A stretch of 64,000 nucleotides of DNA from Octopus sinensis. Its lineage: Eukaryota. Where the stretch lies: the NCBI RefSeq assembly GCF_006345805.1, contig NC_043008.1, forward strand, positions 11,780,001 through 11,844,000, read 5' to 3'. A program made the position numbers and the translations under genes. Below the pieces are notes generated by a model, which saw nothing but the letters and a program-made list of their open reading frames with translations, ran no database searches and had not been told where the DNA came from. Of this stretch, positions 25,800 through 39,069 are shown one piece after another (position 1 is the stretch's first letter; every line of letters begins with the position of its first letter).

Positions 25800-25925
25800 C
25801 ATCGAAAAATACCTTAGGTATATGAACCTGGGTTCGAAATTTCTCCAAGACACTTGATGATTGCTGGGGGATGTATCAACCGAAACGTTGTGTTAACAAA
25901 TATCCATCAAATGTAAATAATATAA
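25800..25925 (+). mobile_element. Penelope-like repeat H3 with degenerate minimal hammerhead
   Basis: acac-TTGATGA-ttgctgggggatgtatcaacc-GAAACGTT-gtgt (25850-25893); stem I acac/gtgt, C3 replaced by U. Confidence 0.55.
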
Positions 25926-26254
25926 ATCATGGAACTATTGTTCACACGTTCTGTGTATGATGCATGTAGAGCGAAGAAAAGTTTAAAGCATTTTGGAAGG
26001 ACATTTTAATAACGAATACGAAGAGAAGAATATATCGAATGATCAGGTGATAGTAAAGTGATCGATGGACAAGTTTACTTCTACCATCTCGTCATTAAGA
26101 CGACACCTCTGAACGCCATGGGTTGCAGTTTCAGTTTATGTATGTTGACAAACGAATAAAATTTCACTCGTAAGGATTTGAATTCGAAGCGCACAGAGCA
26201 AAAGCAAGGTTACTTTGCCCTTATGTTTCCAGTCCTCTGCTAATACCTATTTCT

Positions 26255-26663
26255 ATACTACCCACAAGGGGATAAACACGGAGACGACAAACAAGGACAG
26301 ACAAACGGATTAAGTCGATTATATCAACCCCAGTACGTAACTCGTACTTATTTAATCGATCCCGAAAGGATGAAAGGCAAAGTCGACCTCGGCGGAATTT
26401 GAACTCAGAACGTAGCAGCAGATGAAATACCTATTTCTTTACTACCCACAAGGAGCTACATATTGAAGGGACAAACTAGGACAGACAACGGATTAAGTCG
26501 ATTATATAGACCCCAGTGCGTAACTGGTACTTATTTAATCGACCCCGAAAAGATGAAAGGCAAAGTCGACCTCGGTGGAATTTGAACTCAGAACGTAGCG
26601 GCAGACGAAATACCGCAAAGCATTTCGCCCTGCGTGCTAACGTTTCTGCCAGCTCGCCGCCTT
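26255..26663 (-). mobile_element. S3 SINE: head plus two tandem bodies
   Basis: Same architecture as 10600-11037. Confidence 0.88.
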
Positions 26664-27604
26664 AATAACCTGTGCCTTAATGCTTCTCTGCTAAAACCCT
26701 GTGCAGGAAAGACATTTGCGCATCCCTTACATGAGACTGAAATAACGTTACTGAGAAGTATTCAATGACGGAAATATTCAAGTTTTTCATTTTTACGTGA
26801 ACGTGTTCTTTAGCTCTCATCAAGCAATCGATAGTTGAATACCCTTTTATCGTTTTGGAATGAAAACTTAGAAGAAGATCTTATACATCAGATTGCAGTT
26901 GTGTTGGTTGAGCCGGAAAAATTTCGCTGGCTTCTTAGATGTTACGATTGGATAGATTTTCAAAATCTCTGCAAGAACCATAAATGTCTCCAAAATCTCA
27001 GCTCCTTACACGTACTTTACAAAGACATAGATTATCTACTCATCATTACGCAATGAATGGCAATGGATAGGAAATTCCTTCACTCATAGAAGCCACATTG
27101 AATATATGAACGTTACTAAATGCTGACATTCTCGATGTATCAGGTTACACAATGAACGATTATATACATTTTGGCGTTCTGAAATGTTGCAGAAACGTTG
27201 CAGAAGTGCTCCGCAGTATAGCAACAGTATTATGAAAATAGCTTAGAAATGCTTCGTATGATGTGAATCCTTTTCAAAATATTTATAGCTATTGTAAATA
27301 TATTGATAATTAAGCTTATGTACGTATACCATCTCGGGATTGACTTCAAGCACGTTATAGGGGAGAATTGAGTAGAAACTGAGAGAACACCGACCACAAG
27401 TATTTTAAAGATGGTAAATATGGATAGAAATTATGGTTATTTGTTAGTAATAACTTTCAAGTACTGATCCCTGGGATTAACAAATCTAAAAGAAGGAAGA
27501 AAGGATAGGCTTTCATTCAAATATGTTGTATGACCACAAGCTCTTCATAGATAACATCAAACCATTTAGGAATAAGAAGAAAGCGATACAATATTCTCCA
27601 GACT

Positions 27605-27837
27605 CTTTTACTCTTTTACTCTTTTACTTGTTTCAGTCATGTTACTGTGGCCATGCTGGAGCACCACCTTAAGTCGAGCGAATCGATCCTAGGACTTATT
27701 CTTTGTAAGCCTAGTACTTATTCCATCGGTCCCTTTTACCGAGCCGCTAAGCTACGGGGACGTAGACACACCAGCATCGGTTCTCAAGCGATGTTGGGAG
27801 GACAAACACAGATACACAAGCATCTACACACACATAA

Positions 27838-27868
<31 letters not shown>

Positions 27869-28020
27869 CACGACGGGATTCTTTCAGTTTCCGTCTACCA
27901 AATCCATTCACAAGACGTTGGTCGGCCCGAGGCTATAATAGAAGACACTATTCCAAAGGTGCCACGTAGTGGGACTGAACCCGGAACCATGTGGTTCGTA
28001 AGCAATCTACTCAATAACAC
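27605..28020 (-). mobile_element. S2 CORE-type SINE, near full length
   Basis: Reverse complement of head ggttccgggttcagtcccactacgtggcacctt, internal TA repeat and tail. Confidence 0.85.
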
Positions 28021-29082
28021 TCAGTGATAATATCAACATTAATTTTGCTTAGGAAAAGCTTTAACTATAGAACTTCTCAAGAGAAATAGAGAGAGAGAGA
28101 GAGAGGAGAGGGAGAGATTTGCGGTATTATATATGAGTTAGTGACATTATCCAGGTCACATTTCAGTCTATTAGCATAATTCCCATCCAGTGTTTTAATA
28201 TGTATGGAATAATTCTATCGGTTTAGAACCAAACATAATCATTATGGATACATGTTAAATTATTGGGAGTAAGCCAAAAGTTTGGAAATGATTCGTATCT
28301 GTTCTCAGTTACAACATATGGGTTAACAAGATCTAGCATATCTGGATAAATTTTACACGTAAATGGATCGTGAATTTAATGCTTCGAACAGCCAGTCCTA
28401 ACAGTTCCCTACACTCGGTGTTCAGCTATAAGACGAATCGAACTTGTCTACTCGATATAAATTATAAACCAAGAATATATATAAAATTCCAGCCGCACGG
28501 TTTAAATACAAAGCCATCGTATATTGATATAAATACCTAACTAACAAATCAAGTTCCCTAAAGAATCGTCCAAATATTAATGGCATTTGAAAAGGCTATA
28601 TATTGACAATCAGCTGATCGATCGTCGTACAGAATACTCTCTAAATATAACAAAGCAATGACAAATATTTATTAGAGACGAATGTCATACATCCACATAA
28701 CAAAAACGACACTTAGAAACGAAAACCGCCAATAAATTCTTCAGCTCTGAGAATATTTATTGGACGATATGCAGGCGGATGGTCGTCTCTCCGGAATAAA
28801 AATCTTCAACTATTCCTGAACTAATATACAGCACACAAACACACACACGTACACACACACAGGCACACGCACAAACACACACGCAAACAGACACACACAC
28901 ATACACATACACACTAACCCATATACATACATAAGCATATTTATATATATATATATATATATCACAATCAAGGAACGGCCATAATAGGCCATTCACCCTA
29001 GAAATAACAGCCAAAAAGCTTCAACCGCAAAATAACATTAATTCTGTAAACCAGGAGAAAATTAAAAAACATTTACCCTGAA

Positions 29083-29188
29083 ATTCCTTATACGATGCAC
29101 CGTTTCGTCTACTGTTTAATGGTAAACTAACCTGATTAATTAAATCAAGCCAATCTACCATAGGCCCTTAGATTCATCAGTAAGGAAT
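29083..29188 (-). ncRNA. Type I hammerhead ribozyme motif (inverted copy)
   Basis: Reverse complement of 29623-29729 with one small indel in the stem II insert. Confidence 0.75.
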
Positions 29189-29622
29189 AGCAAATCGGAA
29201 CAGATATTTTTCACGAGGCATTCACGTCCATGCCTCGCCAATATCTGACCTAAAATTTTTTCAAATCGTCGCACTCGCGCCAAATTTATCGGCAGCAAAT
29301 AAATATGGCTGTTATTTCTAGTGGGTGAATGGCCTATTATGGCCGTTCCTTGATTGTGATATTGAACTTAAAAATGGTTTATGACTATTTAATTTTTTCC
29401 CACTAGGCCGCTGGAGGCAAAAGAATTCTACAAAATTTTTTTGCCTCCCTATATTGATTAATTATGAATTTTCTGGTTAGTTCCGTAATGGAATCGGCGG
29501 CTTATATTTATTTGCTGCCGATAAATTTGGCGCGAGTGCGACGATTTGAAAAAATTTTAGGTCAGATATTGGCGAGGCATGGACGTGAATGCCTCGTGAA
29601 AAATATCTGTTCCGATTTGGCT

Positions 29623-29729
29623 ATTCCTTACTGATGAATCTAAGGGCCTATGGTAGATTGGCTTGATTTAATTTAATCAGGTTAGTTTACCATTAAACAG
29701 TAGACGAAACGGTGCATCGTATAAGGAAT
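29623..29729 (+). ncRNA. Type I hammerhead ribozyme motif with extended stem II
   Basis: Stem I attcctta(29623-30)/taaggaat(29722-29), CUGAUGA 29631-37, GAAA 29706-09, stem III acg-gtgcat-cgt, GUA cleavage triplet 29719-21. Confidence 0.8.
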
Positions 29730-29954
29730 TTCAGGGTAAATGTTTTTTTTATTTTCTCCTGGTTTACAGAATTAATGTTATTTTGCGGTTGAAGCTTTTT
29801 GGCTGTTATTTCTAGTGGGTGAATGGCCTATTATGGCCGTTCCTTGATTGTGATATTGAACTTAAAAATGGTTTATGACTATTTAATTTTTTCCCACTAG
29901 GCCGCTGGAGGCAAAAGAATTCTACAAAATTTTTTTGCCTCCCTATATTGATTA

Positions 29955-29957
<3 letters not shown>

Positions 29958-30044
<87 letters not shown>

Positions 30045-30045
30045 G

Positions 30046-30095
<50 letters not shown>

Positions 30096-30120
30096 AAGAT
30101 AGATGGATAGGTAGATATTT
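29958..30120. repeat. (TA)n followed by (GATA)n
   Basis: Direct inspection. Confidence 0.95.
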
Positions 30121-30561
30121 ATTTAGATATACATGCACACACACACACACACACACACAAAGAGGCCAATATAAATACTAAACTTTAAAAAAATAAATAT
30201 TGGAGTCAATTCGTTCGGTTAAGCTCCGTTGCCCCAGTATGGCCGCAGTGCAATTACTGAAACAAGTGAAAAAATGTCTGAGTGTGTTCTTGTGTGGTGT
30301 CTTGTGTGTGTGTGTGGGGGGGGGGGTGCATGTGTGTGCGGGTGTGCGTGTATTTGTGCTGATGTGCATGTATGCGTGAGGGAGTGACATAATGTGTCGT
30401 GCGCTTTGTTTTCAATAAATACATCAAGATAAATATCTCGTATAATCAGCTTAGGTTTTAAGCGGTCTCTTACGCGCACTTATGCATTATATATGTGTGT
30501 GTGTGTGTGTGTGTGCGTGTGTGTAACTATTTGTGTGCGATTGCGTGAGCGTGCACATATC

Positions 30562-30595
<34 letters not shown>

Positions 30596-30879
30596 TACAT
30601 AAATATATATACATCTATATAAGTATATATATATATACATATATATATAAATATATATATACATATATATATATGTATACATATGGATATATATGCATAT
30701 GTACGTATATATACATATACATATATATATATACATATATATATTTATATATATGTATATATATGGATGGAAATGTATATATATATTGTTCGTTTGTTTT
30801 CCACCTGCCTTCGTCTTTTGTTTATTTTCATAAAGCTTCCCGTTATATATATATATGTGTATGTATATATATATATATG

Positions 30880-30911
<32 letters not shown>

Positions 30912-31574
30912 AATATATATTTATATATATGTATATATATATATATAATATATATATATATATGTATATATATGGATGGAAATGTATATATATATGTGTA
31001 TGTATATATATATATACATATATATGTGTGTATATGTATATGTATATATATACGTGTATGTGTGTGTTTATGTATACATACCTGTATATATTACGTAATG
31101 TCGATTTTACTTCTGCTTTTGATTTCATTACGGATGTTGGTTTTCCTGTTCGTCTCGTGGTTTTGTTTGTTACCTGATGTTCAAGGATTTTCTAGTTTTA
31201 TTGTTGGTTTGCTTCATTACTTAACGTGTTCTGTTTATAAAATGTGGCATTCCTTTGCGCGGTGTTGTTTATTTATTTATACATTGCACTTAGAAACCCC
31301 TCTGCAATACTTGACGCTTAATCGATCTTTCGCTGTTGAAGAGAATATAATTAATAGCGTTTAGTAATTGCCACTGTAGTGTATTTGATCTTTTCATTTC
31401 AGTTGTTCTACCAGAATTTTTCTAAGCAGTATTAAACAACTTGCGGTTGAAAACCGGCACAGCTGTAGATATACGGAGTGAAACACGCGATCATGGTAAT
31501 ACAGAAAAAAAAGCAGTTGATTATATTTTGTAGTATACATACATACATGCATACATCCATCCATATATATGACC

Positions 31575-31772
31575 CTGGGTCACCTTTCTGTCCGGCATTC
31601 ACCATGATAGATCGGTAGCCGCTACACATTTTTATATTCTCTCCTTGTTTCTTTCTGTGTTCCTTTCTGTGGAAGAGCGTAGTTAAAGACTTTTTCACTT
31701 CATGAGCGTTATACTAATACATCTGTTTGTTGTCTACACGACCTGTCTTCGTACTTTTTTGTGTGAAGTCTC
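31575..31772 (+). mobile_element. H2 repeat copy with ribozyme core partly deleted
   Basis: Homologous to the reverse complement of 60040-60245 but reads ctgtggaagagcgtag-ttaaagac (gctcgaaacg missing). Confidence 0.8.
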
Positions 31773-32120
31773 CATATATATATATATATATACATACATA
31801 CATACATACATGTATGTATATAGCAAATTAAATAGGGTGGCGTATTAGCATTAAGAACCTAAAGGCAAAATTAATAGAGGTCCCGAAAGGGAGAGGTGGT
31901 ACTGATTACGACCGCGTTTGCTAAAAATAAGAGTCAAAATAAACTCAAAACCACAAAAAGTTCAAATTAGTGACACACAGATGGGGGTAAGTCCCCGGCG
32001 CACTTAATCGGATCGCGATATCAGATTTTGATGTACGTTGGGGAATTAATTCCCTTTGTCAGTCACTACATTCAGTGCTTATGTGGCTTTTGAGCTAGTT
32101 TTGCTGAAATTTTTAGCAAT

Positions 32121-32161
<41 letters not shown>

Positions 32162-34303
32162 CGAGAGAGAGAGAGAGAGAGAGCAAGAGAGACAGACAGA
32201 CATATGCTTCAATTTCTTTTGCCTAACCGCTAAGTTGCAGGGACCTAAAGAATTTGTGAAGCAGTGGTCGTCAAGCACAGGCACGAAAACACAAAAATAC
32301 ACGTCCGGGTTAAAGGGAATGATGAAATGTAAAAACATGGTCTAGATTATGCAGATCTCAACTGCTATTAGCTGAGATACCAACTTTTCTACTTTAATTA
32401 CTATCCATTCTATGCCAGCATGGATCATAGTAATTAATGGAAATGTTAAAAGAATGTTTTGAATTCATATATGTATATACACTAAATACACGTAATTCAA
32501 AAACACAGATGATAGTGAACAATGAAAATAAGTATCTAACGGAAATTACATTTCTTAATAAGACGGGCAGACAGTAAATAAGAATATTTTACGTAAAATA
32601 AACAATTGCACAGGCTGAAGCTAAATTTCTCATTTAGTGAACCAAAGAGCTAGTATCGAAGGGCCCAGACAAAAGCCGCTAAGAGAAAAATACAGTACCG
32701 TTGCAATAGCAAATAAGAAAGTTTTAGAGAACTTAACTAAATGTACGGATTTAAATGAAATGTTTGAAGTTACTTCTGTCAGTAAACCTTGAACATATTT
32801 TTATCAGTAATTCCTTAAAAAAAACCCAAAAACACAAAATGTTGCAAAGTACATAAGAAATTTGTAGGCAAATTTAATGAAGTGAACGGATTAAAGTGAA
32901 ATTTATGAAGTTACTTCTGCCAGTAAATTACGTATGAAATTACTTTCAACAGAAATAGTGAACTTCTTTCTGTCAGTAATTTGTCGTTGTTGTTTGTAAA
33001 TAGCGCTTGAAAAGTTACAATGAAACAATAGCGACTGAACTTAAAGTGAAAACGAGAGTGTCTGAAAAATGAAGGTGAAAACAATAGAGAGTGGGTGAGC
33101 TAAAGGTTAGACAAATAAGATAGGTATAGATAGTTAAAATATAGACTGCTTGATACAGAGGGATAGGTAAATAGATACAATGATAGATAAAGCGATATAG
33201 ACAGACACATATAAAGAGAATACACACACAACTCCAGTTTATATATTGTGATAGATTTTTGACGATAGATGGAAGGGTGACAATCAATTTTTGAAAGTTG
33301 ATTCACAAAAAGTTAACTCTCTTCTCCAGGTAAGCCAGGAACGGGTATTTTCTGCCGCAAAGGGGTCCGTTACTCATTATGTGAAATCTTTTAATAAGAG
33401 TCTAAAACCTTTTCTGGAACATAAGTCATGTATGTTCCCAGTTTGGAGAAATCAGTTGAAAAATCCGGTCGTGATAATCTTTTACACACACACACACATA
33501 CATACAGAACTGGATTTATATTACACACACACCCACACACTCACCCACCTACACACACACACATATATAGAAAGACAGAGAGATAGATAGATAAGAATAC
33601 ATGCATATAATCATACATACCTCTATGAATGCATAAACGTATGCGTAATAATGTAGGTAATTAGAAGCACTATATATGTTTTTAGAAGTGCTTATATATT
33701 TGTATTTGTGCAAGCATCTCACGTACATATGTCTGTTCACAAGTTTAGAAGTCTATACTATAATTCTATTTAGCAACTACTATAACTTCAGCGACAAAAT
33801 TCACGTGCAATTCATTTACATCAGGAATTAGATTTTTTTCCCGACATTTTGTTTTTCTTAAATGTTAATTTAGATAGACACGAGCGCATCACATTTACGA
33901 TCTGCTGTTGTGATGTTCTATTATAATAGCAGCAAGCCCTGAATCGATTACGTCTCTAATAGTGCGGCTAACATATGCCAGCAGTAAGATAATGATTAGC
34001 ATCTATCATATTGTCGGACACACTGACACACTTCTTGCCTTGGCGTAGCTTATCTTCCTCGTACGAACTTCTTTTGCTAAACTGCGATTTGCCAAGAGTA
34101 CTGGGCAGCAATTAGCAAATCAGCAATCATTTTATAACACCACAGGCAGTAATGTCGAAATTCAAGTTCAAAATAACGATCGGATATTGCCCATTAATAT
34201 CGCATATAATTGAATCTTATAATACAGGTTTACAGTAAAATGTGTCTGGAAATTTTAAGATGATTAATCTAAACTAAGCGATCCCATTTTCGATAAGAAT
34301 GTC

Positions 34304-34666
34304 TACGTTACAGTAATATTAGTTTCACTTTAATAAACTCCGTGGAAAGCTGACAGTTTGGCTGATAATTCTGTCGAGTTGTTCGTTAAACACATACACA
34401 CGCATATTAACTTACGCACACACATATACACAGATACATACATATATATGTACACACAAAAGACACACACACACACACATAATATATATATATAACTATA
34501 TATATATTATATATATATACACAAGCGTACATACATATACATATGTATGTACACAGAAATTTGTAAATACATATAACCTATTATATAAATATAATATCAT
34601 ATATGTGTGTGTATGCTAGTGACTGTATGTATGTATATATGCATGCATATATACTATATATATATA

Positions 34667-34713
<47 letters not shown>

Positions 34714-34851
34714 TAGTATATATGCATGCATATATACATACATACAGTCACTAGCATACACACACATATATGAATATTATATTTATATAATAGGTTATAT
34801 GTATTTACAAATTTCTGTGTACATACATATGTATATGTATGTACGCTTGTG

Positions 34852-34891
<40 letters not shown>

Positions 34892-35047
34892 ACTTTTGTG
34901 TGTACATATATATGTATGTATCTGTGTATATGTGTGTGTGTAAGTTAATATGCGTGTGTATGTGTTTAACGAACAACTCGACAGAATTATCAGCCAAACT
35001 GTCAGCTTTCCACGGAGTTTATAAAGTGAAACTAATATTACTGTAAC

Positions 35048-35050
<3 letters not shown>
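34304..35050. repeat. Inverted duplication of about 745 bp centred on a (TA)n run
   Basis: tacgttacagtaatattagtttcac... at 34304 versus ...gtgaaactaatattactgtaacgta ending at 35050; the inner microsatellite mosaics also mirror. Confidence 0.9.
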
Positions 35051-35096
<46 letters not shown>

Positions 35097-37079
35097 TTTA
35101 TATATATATATTGCATATATGTGTGTGCTTAAAATTGTATTCGTGTAATTTCAGTAATCTTAAAATGGTGGAATGAAATTATAAATTATTTTTATTTGAC
35201 AGGTTTTACTCATTTTAAAAGCATCCTCCATTAAACTAGTGAGTTTTTAGCGTTATTTCTCTCTGTACAAGATATTTTCGTTACCCAGTCATTACGTGGC
35301 AAGATTAGATCTTTATTTCACTATCCGTATATCTCTGGTCTGGTATAAATAATTTAGATCAATATTTTTAATGTAATCTTCGAATATAAATTTTGACGAC
35401 GACTGACTATTGCTTATTCGTGAGTTTTACAAGATATTGACAGGTTTTCTATATTTCGGTGAATTATGATCTTCCATTTTAAATATATTTTAGGTTTTAT
35501 TTTAGCGTAATTACATAAAACGCAATAATTTAATTCAGCGACTTTGCTTTAATTAAGCTAATTGTTTATCATGAGATCATGTATGTCTTACGTTTTGCGC
35601 TCAAATATAAGCTCCAAATGATATTTAGTTAGTTTCATTTGTATCAATTCCTTGGTGTTTGCCCTTCGTTTGATCCCCTAAATGGTCTTATAAGTAAATG
35701 TGGTACGCAAATATCTAAGTGTTTGATTCATTACATACTGAGAAAAGAAAACGTTAGCAATACCGTATTCATTTATGTATTAGCTGCTCTAATTTATACT
35801 TAAACTTAAATGAAAATTACTCGATGCCACTTATACACGGTGCATAGGTAAAACTATCAAGGGAAAAACATTGGAAATGAGTTTTAACACTAAGTTTAAC
35901 AAAGTCTATATGAAGACAAAGAACAATTTCAATACAGCTTTAACGAAATAAAGTAACAACAGACGTATTGTTTTTAAATTTTGATGAAGAAAGCTCCGCA
36001 ATAAATATTCATTTGTTATTGTCACTTTTCATCAACATCTATGATTCCGTCTCATTGCTGTTGAAGCCCAGTTATGGGAATTACGTCTCCGTAATTATTT
36101 CATTCATTTCTTGACAGAGGAACCAGTTGTGATTCTCATTATATTTGCAAAATCTCAAAAAGAGAAGATTGGCTTTTACTGAATTTGTTCAGCATGTCTG
36201 TGTGTACGGAAATATGAAAGCAAAATATGATAGGAATCTTTCAATTCTTAGCAATAATTCTAACTTATACGGAAGCACAAAGATTTGGAGAGATGAGGAT
36301 TAGTCAATGCCATTGAGCTCATTATCTACTGGTACATATTTTATCAACTCTCAAAGTGGATCTTGTTGGAAATTGAACTCAGTTCATGAAGAGCCGTATG
36401 AAATATGCAAGGTAGATTGTCTACCCCTGGCAGTATTAAGTTGCTAGCTCCATAAGTGTAATAACAACAACAACAGCAGTAGAAGCAACTAACGAAGACG
36501 AGGAGGTGTAGGAGGTGAAAGCAGGAGTGGAGATTGATAAGGAGACGATGAAGAGGAAAAATACTCTTCGGGCCAAATGACAAAGGCATGAATACAAACA
36601 ATGTTTAAATCAAGTTAAGATCTTTGCGATTAAGATTCTCCTGTAAGAACTGTAATAATTTTGTATGTGTAAAAGAAAAATTAGTTGATCTAACAATATT
36701 ATAGAAGTAGAAATCGATTTCTCCCGAATGAAAATTTATGCGATAAAAAAATTCAAAGATTCGTTGGACAAGACGCACTATGTCAAAATAAAAGACAGCA
36801 TGAACATGGTTGGAACACATTTGAGAACAGGTCTAGACTCGATCTGGAGTTAAAGAAAAACAATAACAGTTTGTTGGCTATGCAGATAGATGTTTATGAC
36901 GAAAATAGCGTGATCACATCAGACGGAACATGTAAAGCAAGTCAAACACGAGTCAACTTGAAATAAAAACGAATGTTATACAACACATCAAACCTGAACA
37001 GCAAAATATATAAGACATATGCTGAAGTCTGGCTTTTATTAGACACTCTATTGAGCTGATTACTGTACGAAGCACATTT

Positions 37080-38050
37080 AATGCGATCACTAGAAGCGGT
37101 GTTCTCTGAAAATGTTAATTACCAACAAAAAAGGACTAGTTCTTATAGAAATAGAATGGCGATTTCAAATGAACGATGTACGAAAGAACAAGAGGAACAA
37201 GCGTTTCAAGCATACTTTACAGCAATATTATTTCTAACACACACTGGCGTCATAAACTTAACAAACGAGATCAAAAGGAGAATAAATGGAGTTGTAAGAC
37301 GAAAACTAGACAGAAATGCATTAGTAAATATACGCTGGTTTGTTGTTAAAGTAGAAATAAAAAATATGTAGGAATCGCGAATACAACAGCTCATATAATG
37401 AAGAGTATGTTACAAAAGAATTGAACACTCGCGAAAAAAGTATATTCCCTCACAAACCAAAGCAAAGTAGCGCAAAAAGACGTGAAAATGTATGAATCCT
37501 GTGTCCCTCATAACAATGAAAAATAACGCAAGAGAACAGACTACACAGGGAAGTGACAAGTTATTGTCACACATGTATATGAACCGGCGGGAAATGAACA
37601 AGAAATCACAAAGCGAGCGATGGCCAAACAAGGATCTATAAATTTAATAAAAATGTATCGCAGCGAAATAATTAGTGATCAATAAGTAAGAGCTAAGAGA
37701 AACTAAAGAATCGTTGGAGAACTGTTCGAATTAAAATCAATGAACTTGTACGAATAGAAACCATTCCGCAAAAGAATAATAAACGTATAGGAAATAACAG
37801 CTAAAGTAGACTTTGTTATCAAAGAAATATATCCGAGGAAAACGCACTTGAACATTAAAAAGGTAGATGAATAAGTATATACATTAGCTATAACAACTTT
37901 GAGAGAAACTCCGTTCTATAGCGTATCACATTTCATACGTCATGGAAAACAGAACAAAATAGCACGAAAGATTTATAACTGACCAGCGAAAAATGTTTGA
38001 GACTATTATGCAGCCGATATCAAGTAGCGCAATTAAGATAGAATTTATTC
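37080..38050 (+). mobile_element. Ancient R4/Dong-like N-terminal remnant
   Basis: CTKEQEEQAFQAYFTAIL...LDRNALVNIR and KVDFVIKEI...VYTLAITTL resemble the WT.EE...MEAYY.A...DANKLAN.RR region of R4/Dong proteins (recalled, not searched). Confidence 0.45.
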
Positions 38051-38867
38051 ATATACTAGTGGAGGTCAAGACTTTTAGAGAATGTTAATGAAAAATAAAC
38101 GTGTCTTGTAAATGATTATGGCCCGCCTATATTAAAATCGATTATTTGAAAGTAAATCTAAGCATGTATAAAGCAGATAAGAAGAAGCAAACAAACAATG
38201 TATTTAAAACAGAGGACACAGTCTAGATATATTGTGAGAGGTTATGGATCTGATATATATTTATATAAGAGAGCTACACGCTCTGTGAAAACATGAGTAG
38301 AATATTAATTAACGTAATTAATAACTAAATGGCAATTAGCATTACAACGTAAATGTGGAGAAATTGGCAGTGTTTTCAACTGTCTCTAGTTTCAGGCTTA
38401 AGTAAGCTATTAATAAACAAAATGCTTTTCGCACGGTTTTTAATGAACTGTTACCGAAAGTAGGTACAGTTTACCTGTACAGAAAACGCAATATTAATTA
38501 CCTGCACACACGTAAAAGCCCATGCGTGAAAAGAGCACAACTGCTGCCAAGGAACAATTTATTTACTAACAGCATAAACAAGTTTGAATTTTTGCACTTC
38601 CCTATGGATAATTTCTTTACGTAGATGACAAATGTATCTTATCAGAAGAATAAGAACACGTTTCAGAAAATAATGGTAGATGCGAAGAATAGCTGCACAG
38701 AACGGGTGCCTGTTTGTAGGCATCAGTAAATGAAAATTAATCTCGGTATGGCTTCAGATAAATGGTGATTAATATTTTAGGTCATAACTCAATCCGTTAC
38801 TCAGTTATATCGAGGAAACTATAAATAAATGAGATCCAAGACTAGGACAGATCAGAATATCTATCTT

Positions 38868-38968
<101 letters not shown>

Positions 38969-38993
38969 GTCTCTCTCTCTCTCTATGCATACA

Positions 38994-39064
<71 letters not shown>

Positions 39065-39069
<5 letters not shown>

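Larger units (their letters stand above)
28959..29955. mobile_element. Hammerhead repeat family H1 (subfamily B): inverted segment plus 1.3 tandem monomers (period 494 bp)
   Basis: 29307-29460 repeats at 29801-29955; 28959-29306 is the reverse complement of about 29504-29855; flanked by (TA)n on both sides. Confidence 0.9.

Noticed and set aside
26835-27056. 73-aa ORF in unique sequence
   Set aside because: No recognisable motif or convincing splice sites; within the chance expectation
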